A stretch of DNA of 58,296 nucleotides, filler included, from Jimgerdemannia flammicorona (Eukaryota): NCBI GenBank assembly GCA_003990765.1. It is 2 parts of 2 records of this genome, joined end to end, with 100 filler letters (N's around TTAATTAATTAA, not from the genome) between each part and the next. Parts side by side here need not be neighbours in the genome. Positions count along the whole stretch, not along the records: positions 29,202 to 58,296 come from RBNJ01000519.1; 1 more part is not named here. One strand, given 5' to 3'. A program made the position numbers and the translations under genes. Numbering within the stretch: position 1 is the first letter of the stretch; each line of letters begins with the position of its first letter. This document shows positions 48,179-58,296 of this stretch, piece after piece. The notes below the pieces were generated by a model, which ran no database searches, was not told the origin of the DNA, and saw only the letters and a list, made by a program, of their open reading frames with translations.

Positions 48179-49471
48179 TGTAACAAACCAAGACATATTA
48201 CCCAAATAATACCTTAGCTAGATAATGTGAACAATTAGCCAGATGATGTGAACACACAGCATAGTAACCAGCAATCATTGCTGCGGAAACTGTATAAATA
48301 GCAGAACATACCAGATAGGATCTGTTTACCTGAACAGACTCTGTATACCTGCCATAGATAGCAAATCTATAGTTAGCCATGTAGTAACCAGATAGCAACC
48401 ACAATGTATAAATTATCCCAGAGACAAGAGTGAATAAACCTCAGTCTGAAAAGTTGAAGTAAACCAAAGAAGCCTCTAAAGATTGAGCATTGGTCTCTTT
48501 TCCCCACTCTAGTCCACTTTCCGATATAAAGATTGATTGGTTTGCTTGCCAGATAAGCCTGAAGAATTCGAGTTTGCCACCTAAGTTCAAGGAAGAACTT
48601 TGCCACCTTTGGAATTATTGTTATTGGTTCGCTTGCCAGATAAGCCTAAAGATTTCCACCTAAGAGAAAGCCACCTTGCTCAAGCCAGTTTCTGATGCAA
48701 CTTTGCAGTAAATCCATTCGCACAAATGAAGCCAGTCTTTAATGTAACTTTGCCAAGAGACTCTTTCCCAGAAACCCACCAATTCCAGAGAATCCACATC
48801 ATCTGCCGTTTTCAAGTTATCCACTATATTCCCAGTTGAAGCCAATTCAGGAAGAATCTGTGCCATCTGAGTTAATTCCCAGTTGAAGCTACTGATTCAA
48901 AAGAATCTGTGCCATCATATTCCCAGAAGAACCCACCAACTTAGGAAGAATCCACACCATCCAAGTTACCCAAGTTACCTGAGTTCTTGAACTATCTACC
49001 TCTCATGCCATCTGAGTTATTCATTGTTCCCAGTGAGCCAATACAAAAGAAACCACTGCCAGTATTATTCCCAGTAAGGCGAATTTATGCCATATGATTC
49101 CCAGTGAGCCAAATCAAGTTATCTACCAGAAATTGCATACTTTTGGAAATCATTGTGCTATATAAGAGATCGCCACACAGAAATCATATACTTTTGGAGA
49201 CTATCATTATCCAGGAGGGAAACTGCTCATATTACACACAAATTCTGTCATTCCCAGTTGACCCAAGAAGGAAAGACACAAATCGCCACTATACCCAGAG
49301 AACCATCCCAATAAGGAAACTGCTTGCAGATATCCAGCTTGACTATTATACTACTAAACACCAAGGACTTCAGGAATTATAGAACATTTTGTTACTTTTG
49401 ACAAAGTAACTAGGGGCTTAAGCCAAACTACATCAACCCCCAACTTTGTAATTTGCCTCTATTGAGTTACA
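48179..49471 (+). repeat. 3' LTR, family A (1293 bp)
   Basis: Paralogue of 39333-40634. Confidence 0.93.
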
Positions 49472-49475
49472 ATAT

Positions 49476-50051
49476 AGTTGAGGTTGGGGATTATAAAAGA
49501 TATATAGTATATGATTTGATAGACCTTTTTAGCTAGTCTTTGCTCATATCTATCCAGATTGATCCAGTCTGAGATCTGGTCAGTGGGCAGGCCTTTTGTA
49601 TGCTAAAGAAGTTGGTGGTCAATTTCATATTCATACCAGATTCCCAGGTAGCTAGTAGCAAGGTAGGCCCTTTTGATAATTTTACAGTAATCAAGAATAT
49701 ACTATCCTAGGTCCTGGCTGGTGAGGTTAAGGACCTCAGAGTGGTGGTTTCTTTCTTGGATAGCAATCTAAATATATCTAAAGAGATAGTCAACCTGGCT
49801 TAGGAGGGGCTGGCTACAGCAGACTGTTTGGTAGCATATAGTAGGTATTCTTATCTTATCTTTTCTTTGAGAAGAGGGAAGGAAGATGAAAGTTGCAGTA
49901 TATTCCTGTCCTAGATATTTATACTTATTTACCTATCTGGTATAACTTTATTTTGATCATATTTCTAGAGGAATATATAACCTATTACTGTAAGTAGGAC
50001 ATACGTATGCTGATTATATGAGAGAATATTGATTTTAATAGTATTGTTACA
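49476..50051 (-). repeat. Family C-like LTR, right part, including the N-terminal half of the U3 ORF
   Basis: Translates ..DLG*YILDYCK..YEYEIDHQLL..EQRLAKKVYQII..IPNLNY and joins in frame to 39332 across the ATAT TSD; likely TGTAAC terminus at 50051. Confidence 0.75.
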
Positions 50052-51149
50052 TTATAGTTGTGGTTATACAGAGTTGACAGATCTTGCTCTTCTTTTTTTT
50101 TATCTTGTCCACACATTTGTAAGAACTGGTGTCATCCTTGTTTAGAGTGAGGGCTCTCATTATTATGACTACTACAACTCTGCAATATATAGAGCCATTA
50201 TCTACCAAAAATATGCAGATAGTGAATCTAAGGAAAGTGAAGATAATATACCCCTTCTCTGCCCACTAATACTCTACCCAGTATATGAGACAGATAATAC
50301 TATTCTGTAAGATAGTAATATGGTTCTAATTTACTACTATATAAATAAATGAGGAGATGTAATCCAAGAACTACTCTTTCTAGATAACTATTTTATTAGA
50401 GATAATATCATCAATAGTGACCTTATTAAAAAATATTCAGATAGTATCTAAATCTATAAATAGTTTAGTAGTTATTAGTATAGTTAGATTAGCTTTATAC
50501 TATATAACTGCATATTAACTCAACAGTCAGATGATCTCTTGACATATCAGTTCACACTTATACTATATAACTGCATTCTGACTCAGCAAAGTACTAAGTA
50601 CTACATCTATATTTAGTATAGTCTAGATAGCCCCTCACTAGTATAAATACCTACTCTTCTAGATCTCAGAAACTCAGATATGAATAGACTTGAACAAAAA
50701 CACAAGTACTTCTGAACACTTCTCCACAATATTTCTTTATATACTACTCTTAGTATAGCAATATCATAAATAGTAAATAAATCTATTTAATAACTCACAA
50801 ACTACTCTTAAGTAAATCTGTACTCTGTTAGGTCCTACTCCTAACTAGATTCTGAAATTTCCTAATTGAGTATTGTCTGCAGCAATATACCAATTCAACT
50901 AAGCTAGTCTTAGTTTCTTGAACTTTCTGAAATATAGAAAATCCTAAATATTCAGAATAAGTCTGAAAAAGGACTTTAGTTGAGATATTAATCTGATTTT
51001 GAAATCAATGAGTATAAAGAATATACTCTATATGAAATTGATCTTGACCTTAAAGAAAATGGTTTTTCAGAATATCCAGAACTTCCCAAAAACCATTTCA
51101 GAACTATATAATAGTACTCTAACAAAGTAACCCTCTTATAGTTATCTAT
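50052..51149 (+). mobile_element. Unassigned decayed repeat, possibly the 3' end and LTR of another LTR family
   Basis: Purine run GAGGAGA followed by TGTAAT at 50358; TATAAA at ~50642; AATAAA at ~50776; CpG-depleted; no second copy seen in the window. Confidence 0.3.
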
Positions 51150-52637
51150 TGTAACATACCTGGCTCAATGGAGGCAAATTACAAGGTTGGGGGTTGATGT
51201 AGTTTGACTTGAGCCCTCAGTTACTTTGTCAAAAAGCAATAAAATATTTCATGATTCCTGAGGTCCTTGATGTTTAGTGGTATAATAGTCAAAAGCTGGA
51301 TATCTGCAAGTGATTTGTATGTTGATTTCCTAATTGGGATGGTACTCTGGGTGTAGTGGCAATTTATGTATATGAATGGATTTCCTTCTTAGGTCAACTG
51401 GGAATAGTAGAATTCATGTGTAGCATAATGATCTTCCTTATACATGACAGTCTGGCAATTTGACAGTTTTCCTTATGTGATTTGTGTGGCGATCTCTGTG
51501 TAGTACAATGGGTTCCTTATGCGGGATGATCTGACGATTTAGTAGTTTCTTTCTTAGGTAATGGCGACCTCCAAAAGTATGTGATTTCTGGCGGATGACT
51601 CGATTTGGCTCACTGGGAATGGAGGATGGCATGGGTTCTTCTTACTGGGAATTATACTAGTGGTGGATTCTCCGAATCAGGCTCACTGGGAACAAATGAA
51701 TAACTCAGATGGTACAGATGTCGCAGATTCTTCTGAATCAGCAGCTTTAACTGGGAATGTGGTGGATAACTTAGAAATGGCAGATGATACGGATTCAGCT
51801 TCAACTGGGAATACTACTTGGATGGTGTGAGTTCTTCCAAATCAGGCTCTTCTGGGAATGTAGATAACTTGAAAGCAGCAGATGATGCAGATTCTCCTGA
51901 ATCAGCGGACTTCTGGGAAATAACTCAGATGGCATAGATAACTTAGATGTCACAGATTCTTTCTGAACTGGTGGCTTCAACTGGGAAATGGTGGTGAAGT
52001 TCTTCCTTGAACTTGGGCAGCAAATCTTCAGGCTTATCTAGCAAGCAAACCAAAAATGGACTCATTCTTTGTATCAGAAAGTAGACTAGAGTGGAAGAGA
52101 AGAGAACCAAGCTCACAACTTCTTGGCAGTGGCTCATTGGCAGGCATATCTCCTAAGTGTTGCAATTCTTCCTGGATCAAGTGGTTTTTGATAGGTGTTT
52201 CTCCTAAGTGTACCAGACAATTGACTTTTGCTTTGGTTTGTATTCAACTTTTGGACTGAGGTTTATTCACTCTTGTCTCTGAGGTATTTTATACAAGATG
52301 GTTGCCATCTGGTTGCTATGTGACTAACTATAGATCTGCTACTTAGGCAGGTATACAGAGTCTATACAGTGTACAAGACCTATATAGTATACAGAGTCTA
52401 TATGGTATACAGAGTCTGTACAGGTAAACAGACCCTTTATGGTATATCTGGCTAATTATAAGTATGGTGGTATGGGTAACTATGATATACTAGATGTCAT
52501 GCTAGGAGTTTACATCATCTGGCTAAGTTATAATTTGGATAGTATATTTTGGTCTGTTATATCAGCTCTTACTGAAGGATAGTCTGTCCCAGACTGTTCT
52601 TCAGTAATCATTCCAATAAGCATAAGCTGCTTCTGCA

Positions 52638-52639
<2 letters not shown>
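51150..52639 (-). mobile_element. Family A 3' LTR (51150-52561) with PPT and end of ORF3, interrupted by an L1
   Basis: Reverse complement matches 48101-49471, with differences in internal repeat number. Confidence 0.85.
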
Positions 52640-52678
<39 letters not shown>

Positions 52679-55600
52679 TCACTTGGACTCTGCCATTTAT
52701 TACCAGTCTATAGTTAAATATACAGTCTTCCACCTACTATCCAATCCCCATGGGAGGGTCTCGCCCCACTCCAACCCCAGTAAAGGCCACCTTCTCCCCA
52801 ATAACACTCACTCTTCCCCCACTCTGCCTACAAATTTTCTCCACCAGATTCCGCCTCTGACCCTTCTGTATCCCCCAACCAAGCCACCAGCCCATCAAGG
52901 TATCTTCCATAAGATTCTGCCACCACCTCAGCCAGACCTCCGGGCCCAGTCTCCTCCCCTCCTCGAAAACAAATAATCAGTGTCCGGCCAACCCTACCCA
53001 AATGGCCAGTGCCCAGCCAAGCGTGAGCCACTCCTTTCTCACCCCCCCCACCAGTCTGTCACTCAAGTCCTCCCACTGCCCCCGCATACCAGAAACCCTG
53101 CCCCTCACCCCCAAAAGGTTCTCTACAGATTGCCAAAAGCCACTAAGTACCTCATACTCCCCTAACCAATGTTCCGGCATCTGTACATAACCCCCTTCCT
53201 GACCCACATTATAGCACTCCTTGCAGTCAAAAATTCCCCCCTCGACAAGGTGACCCGAGCGGTAATTGAGCATGACATTCCTCCTCAACATGCGCCACCA
53301 AGTCACCCAATACTTTGGCGGTAGCTATCTCTTCACCTCAGCACACCATGCCCAGATACTCCGCCAGTCCCACTCCTTGCCAATTCCGATACCTTGCCAA
53401 CCACTGGGCCACAGATCCTGGCCTGGTCCCCTCTGGCAGTCTATTCCATCACTAATGTCAAACTCAAGCAATGGGACCCCGCCCAGTAGCACCCGGTCCC
53501 ATCTCCACATCTCTGGGTCCCAGTCTGCCTCCCCTTCATTTCCCTGCCAGCAGATCCCGATGCGGTGTGCTCCCTCTGCTATCCCCCACCAGAAGCCTCT
53601 AAATCGCAATTGAGCAGTGTTCTGAAGTCCAACCAAAGACAGGAGATCGCCAGTTGAACCCCGAGGCACAGACCGCCGCTCCCAAACCTTCTGCAAAAGG
53701 GGAACCCAACCACCCCCTCTCAATTCTACGGCTCTCTTCAACCACCAAGCCCTTAAGCAGTGTAGCCTCTTTGGGAAGTCAACCAGTCCCAGTCCGCCGC
53801 TCGCCACTGGTAGGGACAAAACCTCCCAGCCTATCTGACTCCTCCTTCCAGCCCAGATCCATCCCTTGGCAAGCTTCAACAGCCTCCTCACCACCCAGGG
53901 TGGAAAGTCCAGATGGTACACCAGATACCACAACTTCGGCAGCCAGTAAATGTTCAAAATTGTAACACGCCCTGCAAGAGACAGGTGATGGCCCCCCCAG
54001 CTCCACAGGGCCTCTCCCCAGATACCAACTCGCTGCTCCCACCAAAGCCTGGGTAGTACTGATCCATACACCGAGAGATAGATCCCCAAGTACCGCACTG
54101 CCTCACCTGCAGGGACAACCGTTCCGATAATCTCCCCACCCACCAGACCATTGCCAAGCACCATTGTTTCGCACTTATGCCAATTTAGTCACGCCCTAGA
54201 ATTCTTCTCATACCACTCCATTATCTCCTTAAGCTCCTCAACATCTGCAATTGATCCCAATCCGACCACCATGTCATCTGCAAAGGCCCCCACCTTCCAC
54301 TCAATGCCAAAAATGGAGAGCCCCACTATCTTCAGCCTGATTCTATCCAATAGCGGTTCCAGAGAAAGAGCATACAGAATGGGGGACAACGGGTCCCCCT
54401 GAGATACCCCCCTGCCCAGGGGAAAGGCTACCCCATGATGTCCGTTACATATGAGTGCTGCCCGACTCCCTTCCAGTAGACTGACCATCACTGACTGGAA
54501 CTGGTGCGGAACCCCAGCCCTATCCAAAACCTTCGCCAGCCAACCTCGCCTCACCCGGTCGTAAGCCTTCTCCTGATCCAAGAAGACCAGACACCCATCC
54601 AATCCACAGGCCTGTGCCCCTTCAATAACGCCATGTACCCAGGCCGTGCCATCTCTAATGAGCTGTCCCCCTACAAAGCCCCTCTGCTCAATGCCTAAGA
54701 TTTGCTGTGCCACCTTTTGTAGTCTTGCAACTACCACCTTAGTAACCAACTTCCTGTCTATATCCAGGAGCATTATTGGCCTCCAATTCTTCCAGTCCTC
54801 TCGCCCTCCTTTGTTCTTGTAGAGCAACATCACCAGCCCCAGATTCTGCTCCCCCACCCATCTCCCTATCTGTAGAATAAGATCACACAGTGCTGTCATC
54901 TCCCCCAATACTCCTGGAATCCTGACCATCTTCTTCCAAAAATCCCAGGGCAGACCATCTTCGCCAGGCGCTGTACCCAAGGTTATCACGGCAAGAACCT
55001 GGTGGATCTCCTCCTCTTGTACTGGCAACACCAAGTCATCCATCCCATCTACCTGTGGGGGTTGCCAATCTTCTAATGCATGGCCGATCGCATCAGCATC
55101 TACCCCATCCTCCTTCTCACTCCACAATCCACTCCAGTGCTCCTTCAAAGATCCCAGAATATCATGAATTCCATGGACCAGGACCCCATCTGAATTGAGG
55201 ACCCCCTCCCACCTTTGTTGCACTCTCCTTGCCTGCAGAGCCCTTGTGAGGAACTTAGAGGGCCTCTCTCCTTCCTCCAAACCCTGCCACCGCAACCTAG
55301 CTGCCAAGCCCTTCACCCTCGCCTCTTCCTCCTCTCGCAGTATCTGTTGTAGTTCAACTGCCTCCTTTTTCACTTGTATGGACCTCCAATTCTCCTCACC
55401 CTCCAATGTCACCAGTCTCGCCCAGTCATCTAAGAGCCTAGACAATCTACTAGAAGTCCATTTCACTTTTTGCCTCCTCTGTTGCCCAGCCACCTTGCCA
55501 GCCTCACTCCAGTATGTTTTGGTCAATACCTTCATTCGCATCCACCGAATATCAACTGGGGTACCTTCCTGCCTCCAACTCTCTACCTGTAGCTGAATGT

Positions 55601-58250
55601 CCGCAGCCCAACCATCCCACCAAAATTTATCATCTATCAAGGAGGAATTGAGGCACCAATGTCCAGGCCCATCCCCACTTCCCCCAAACTGACCCTGTCC
55701 AATAATCCCCCAGTGATCCGACCAAGGACACCACTCCACCTCCAGTGATCCCCAAACATCCAAGCCCCAGCAGCTGGCCATCAGAATCCAATCAATTCTT
55801 GTCCCCAAACCTCCTGCCCAATGCATATATACCCTCCTATCCCCCCAGTGCTTCCTACCCATCTCCACCAGAGCACTCAACCTTTCCACTTCTTCCCATA
55901 CCGCCAGTCCTCCACTCCGACCCTCAACTTCTCGTCTGCCATCTGTTCTATCTAATAGTGCCTCCCGAACCATATTGAAATCTCCACCCAAAACATCTAT
56001 TCCAGCCTCCATGAGCAACCCACTCTCTTGAAGACCCTCCACCCAGTCTACACATTCACCTCTCACAGCGGGGCAGTAACAAGATCCCACTGTAATTGGC
56101 TCCCATCCAGTACGTATCCACTCACCCCAGACCAGTCTATTTCCCCAGCTCTGCACATTCCTAATCTCCCCTCTGCCTCTCCGGATCAGAATTCCAACCT
56201 TTCCCATCCAAACCACCTCACCGCCCCATTCCTTCGTCCAATCCAGTTTATCCAAGACCTCGTCACATCTGACATCCTGCAAGAGGAAGAGATCGGCCTC
56301 CAATCCCTTCAGCCAAGTAAAAATGTTCTTACACCGATAATCGCCCCGCAGCCCATTCACGTTCAAAGAAAAAATGTTGGTTGTACTATTCATAAGGGAT
56401 ATTATATAGTTTCAGATGAGTTCTCTACTGCTCCATGGCTCCTTCCTCCTATGCTCTGTCCAGGTCGCACTCAGCAATAACTTCAGCTTCCTCGGCTCTC
56501 TTGGCCTCCAATTCAGCCAGAATCTCGGCCATCTCTGCATCCTTCTTCTCCTCAAACTCCTCACGGTACTCCATGTAAGCCTCCTGCCAGAGCTGCAGCC
56601 CATGTCTCTTATTCCAACAGTGGGCAGCCCGCTCACCCGCCACCATAGCCAGAGCAGTTTCCCTCTCCTTATCGACCTCATACCCCTCCTCCTCCAAGTA
56701 CACTGCCAGAATTTCGGCCTTCAATGCTGCCTCCACTCCATCGCCCTGCAGGATCCCTGTCCAATGCTCATCGCTCATCGCCTGGAGGTCGACTTCCCCC
56801 AGCTCTTCCGCCACCAAGTTATTCATCATCTGGCATATCCAGAGCAGGTTCCCCACTACCTTTCCTCCTGGGGTTGCTGGTCTCCCTCCATCCAACATCG
56901 TAGTATCAGCTCCTACACTCGCTGACTCATTCCATCCCTCCTCTGGGACATCTACCAATTCCTCTTCCCCAGTCGCCTCTACCAATCCCCCCTTCTCCAC
57001 ATTTGGTACTCCAAAGTGCACTTGTTGAGCGCCGCGCATCGGCACATCTTCCCCTGCCCTACCCCTCACCACCGGACCCCTTCTGATAAGGGGAGAGGGT
57101 GAAGGCGAATCTGCCCAGGTCTCCTCCCAAACCTCCAATGTGCCATCCGCATAAGGATCCTTGCTCGGCCCCTTCTCGGCCTCCACCTGCCCTCCCTCCT
57201 CACCCCTCCCACTATTGGCAGCCCAGATACTCTCTGCAGCCCCCCCAGTGGTCGCCTCATCGCTCGGCTTCCTCATCACCTCTGCTCCCATTTTCGCCAA
57301 CAATTCCTTCTGCCTCCTGCGCCCTTGAGACCTTTCCCACACTTCCTTGTTGATGCGGACTCGCTTTCCTCCAATCACCTCAAGATGCGTCACCGCCTTG
57401 AATGCCTCCCATGCCTTCGCCCTCCTCTCAACCGCTCCACTCAACTCTTTCAGTGCTTCCAGCAAATCCTCCTCCTCCTCCTCACTCCCCTTCACTCTCG
57501 TCACCTTGCACAAGAAAGCTCCCCACACCATCACTGAAGGCCAGTCCCGAGCCTTCTCAGTAGCCTCCCGCCCAGCCAACCTAATCCTGATGTCCATGTC
57601 CCCTGTCCGGAGGGAGGTTCCTTCCCACACTCTGAACCCAATATCAACCACCTCACCATACTCCGCCATGATCTCCTCAACTCTCTTTCTCGTCTCTACA
57701 GTAGTAACTGTGGGTACTCCTTTCACCAGAAGTTGCACCACTCTCGGGTCCCACCGCAGACATCTCACCATCGGTACGCACACCTCGCCCACTGTCATCC
57801 CCACCTTCAAAGCCTCCTCCAGTGGCCCAGCCTCCTCAAATCCCACCTCTACCCCTTCCAGGCCCTTCAGGAACCTAACAGACACCGCACCGTTCATCTG
57901 CTTCGTGATCAGCCCCAGAACCATTTTTGCTGTCACTGCCAAGCCCCAGAAACACATCGTGATGGCAAATTCTGAGATTGACTTTTTGAGTAACGGAGCC
58001 ACGGCCAGCCCCATTATACCATCTGCCAGGTCCCTGGTCCTCGCGCCCTTCCCACTGCTTGGCTCACCATCAGCAGTCCCATCTAGATTTTTTTCCAAAT
58101 TGCCCGTCACACCCCCATCAGCAGTCCCCGCCCCAGCTGCTACCCCCCCAGCTCCACCCCTAAGGCCCTCCAGAGAGGCACCCCCATAAGGTTGCTGTCC
58201 TGTAGCCTTCCCCAGCACCTTCCCTCCCCTCAGCCAGCTCTCCAGACCCA
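52640..58250 (-). mobile_element. L1/Tx1-like element related to 29812-35724, 5' end beyond the readable sequence
   Basis: Poly-A at 52640-52676; AATAAA; ORF2 and ORF1 homologous to the other copy. Confidence 0.95.
52737..56393 (-). pseudogene. L1-like ORF2 (APE and RT), nearly intact
   Basis: 734-aa open stretch (54189-56393) with APE and RT motifs, then 279-aa and 109-aa pieces; few disruptions. Confidence 0.92.
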
Positions 58251-58251
58251 C
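56449..58251 (-). CDS. L1-like ORF1, at least 600 aa open, N-terminus missing
   Basis: Continuous ORF homologous to 33609-35639. Confidence 0.85.
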   Translation of the reverse strand: MGLESWLRGGKVLGKATGQQPYGGASLEGLRGGAGGVAAGAGTADGGVTGNLEKNLDGTADGEPSSGKGARTRDLADGIMGLAVAPLLKKSISEFAITMCFWGLAVTAKMVLGLITKQMNGAVSVRFLKGLEGVEVGFEEAGPLEEALKVGMTVGEVCVPMVRCLRWDPRVVQLLVKGVPTVTTVETRKRVEEIMAEYGEVVDIGFRVWEGTSLRTGDMDIRIRLAGREATEKARDWPSVMVWGAFLCKVTRVKGSEEEEEDLLEALKELSGAVERRAKAWEAFKAVTHLEVIGGKRVRINKEVWERSQGRRRQKELLAKMGAEVMRKPSDEATTGGAAESIWAANSGRGEEGGQVEAEKGPSKDPYADGTLEVWEETWADSPSPSPLIRRGPVVRGRAGEDVPMRGAQQVHFGVPNVEKGGLVEATGEEELVDVPEEGWNESASVGADTTMLDGGRPATPGGKVVGNLLWICQMMNNLVAEELGEVDLQAMSDEHWTGILQGDGVEAALKAEILAVYLEEEGYEVDKERETALAMVAGERAAHCWNKRHGLQLWQEAYMEYREEFEEKKDAEMAEILAELEAKRAEEAEVIAECDLDRA

Positions 58252-58296
58252 CCCCCCCCCCCCCCCCCTCCCCCCCCCCCCCGCCCCCCCCCCCCC

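Larger units (their letters stand above)
39333..49471 (+). mobile_element. Full-length family A Ty3/gypsy element (10.1 kb), TSD ATAT, inactivated by stops
   Basis: LTRs 39333-40634 and 48179-49471 with TG..CA ends; ATAT at 39329-32 and 49472-75; PBS and PPT; order gag-PR-dUTPase-RT-RH-IN-ORF3. Confidence 0.95.

Noticed and set aside
58250..58296. Terminal poly-C tract, possible G-quadruplex
   Set aside because: The homologous site in the other L1 (~35430-35450) is ordinary coding sequence; probably a low-quality contig end.

Overview
Eukaryotic, most likely fungal, repeat-dense DNA (short GT-AG introns, a phenol-hydroxylase-type pseudogene, a Plavaka relic; an early-diverging fungus is my inference only). 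About 90% is nested, C-to-T/G-to-A-decayed transposable elements. These are three Ty3/gypsy LTR-retrotransposon families (called A, B, C here), three L1/Tx1-like non-LTR elements, a hAT-type MITE, a Plavaka-like transposase relic and a probable tyrosine-recombinase relic. A CpG-retaining host island (~7.4-11.7 kb) holds a small spliced ubiquitin-like gene and a FAD-monooxygenase pseudogene. An artificial N/stop-linker gap lies at 29102-29201. The gypsy elements are the most unusual part. Families B and C encode a conserved ~285-aa protein inside the U3 of the LTR. All three families carry a dUTPase, in two different polyprotein positions. Family A places integrase and a further ORF3 in separate frames joined by ATGA stop/start overlaps, in the same register in two copies. 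Domain calls come from manual translation through stops and frameshifts; no database search was run.
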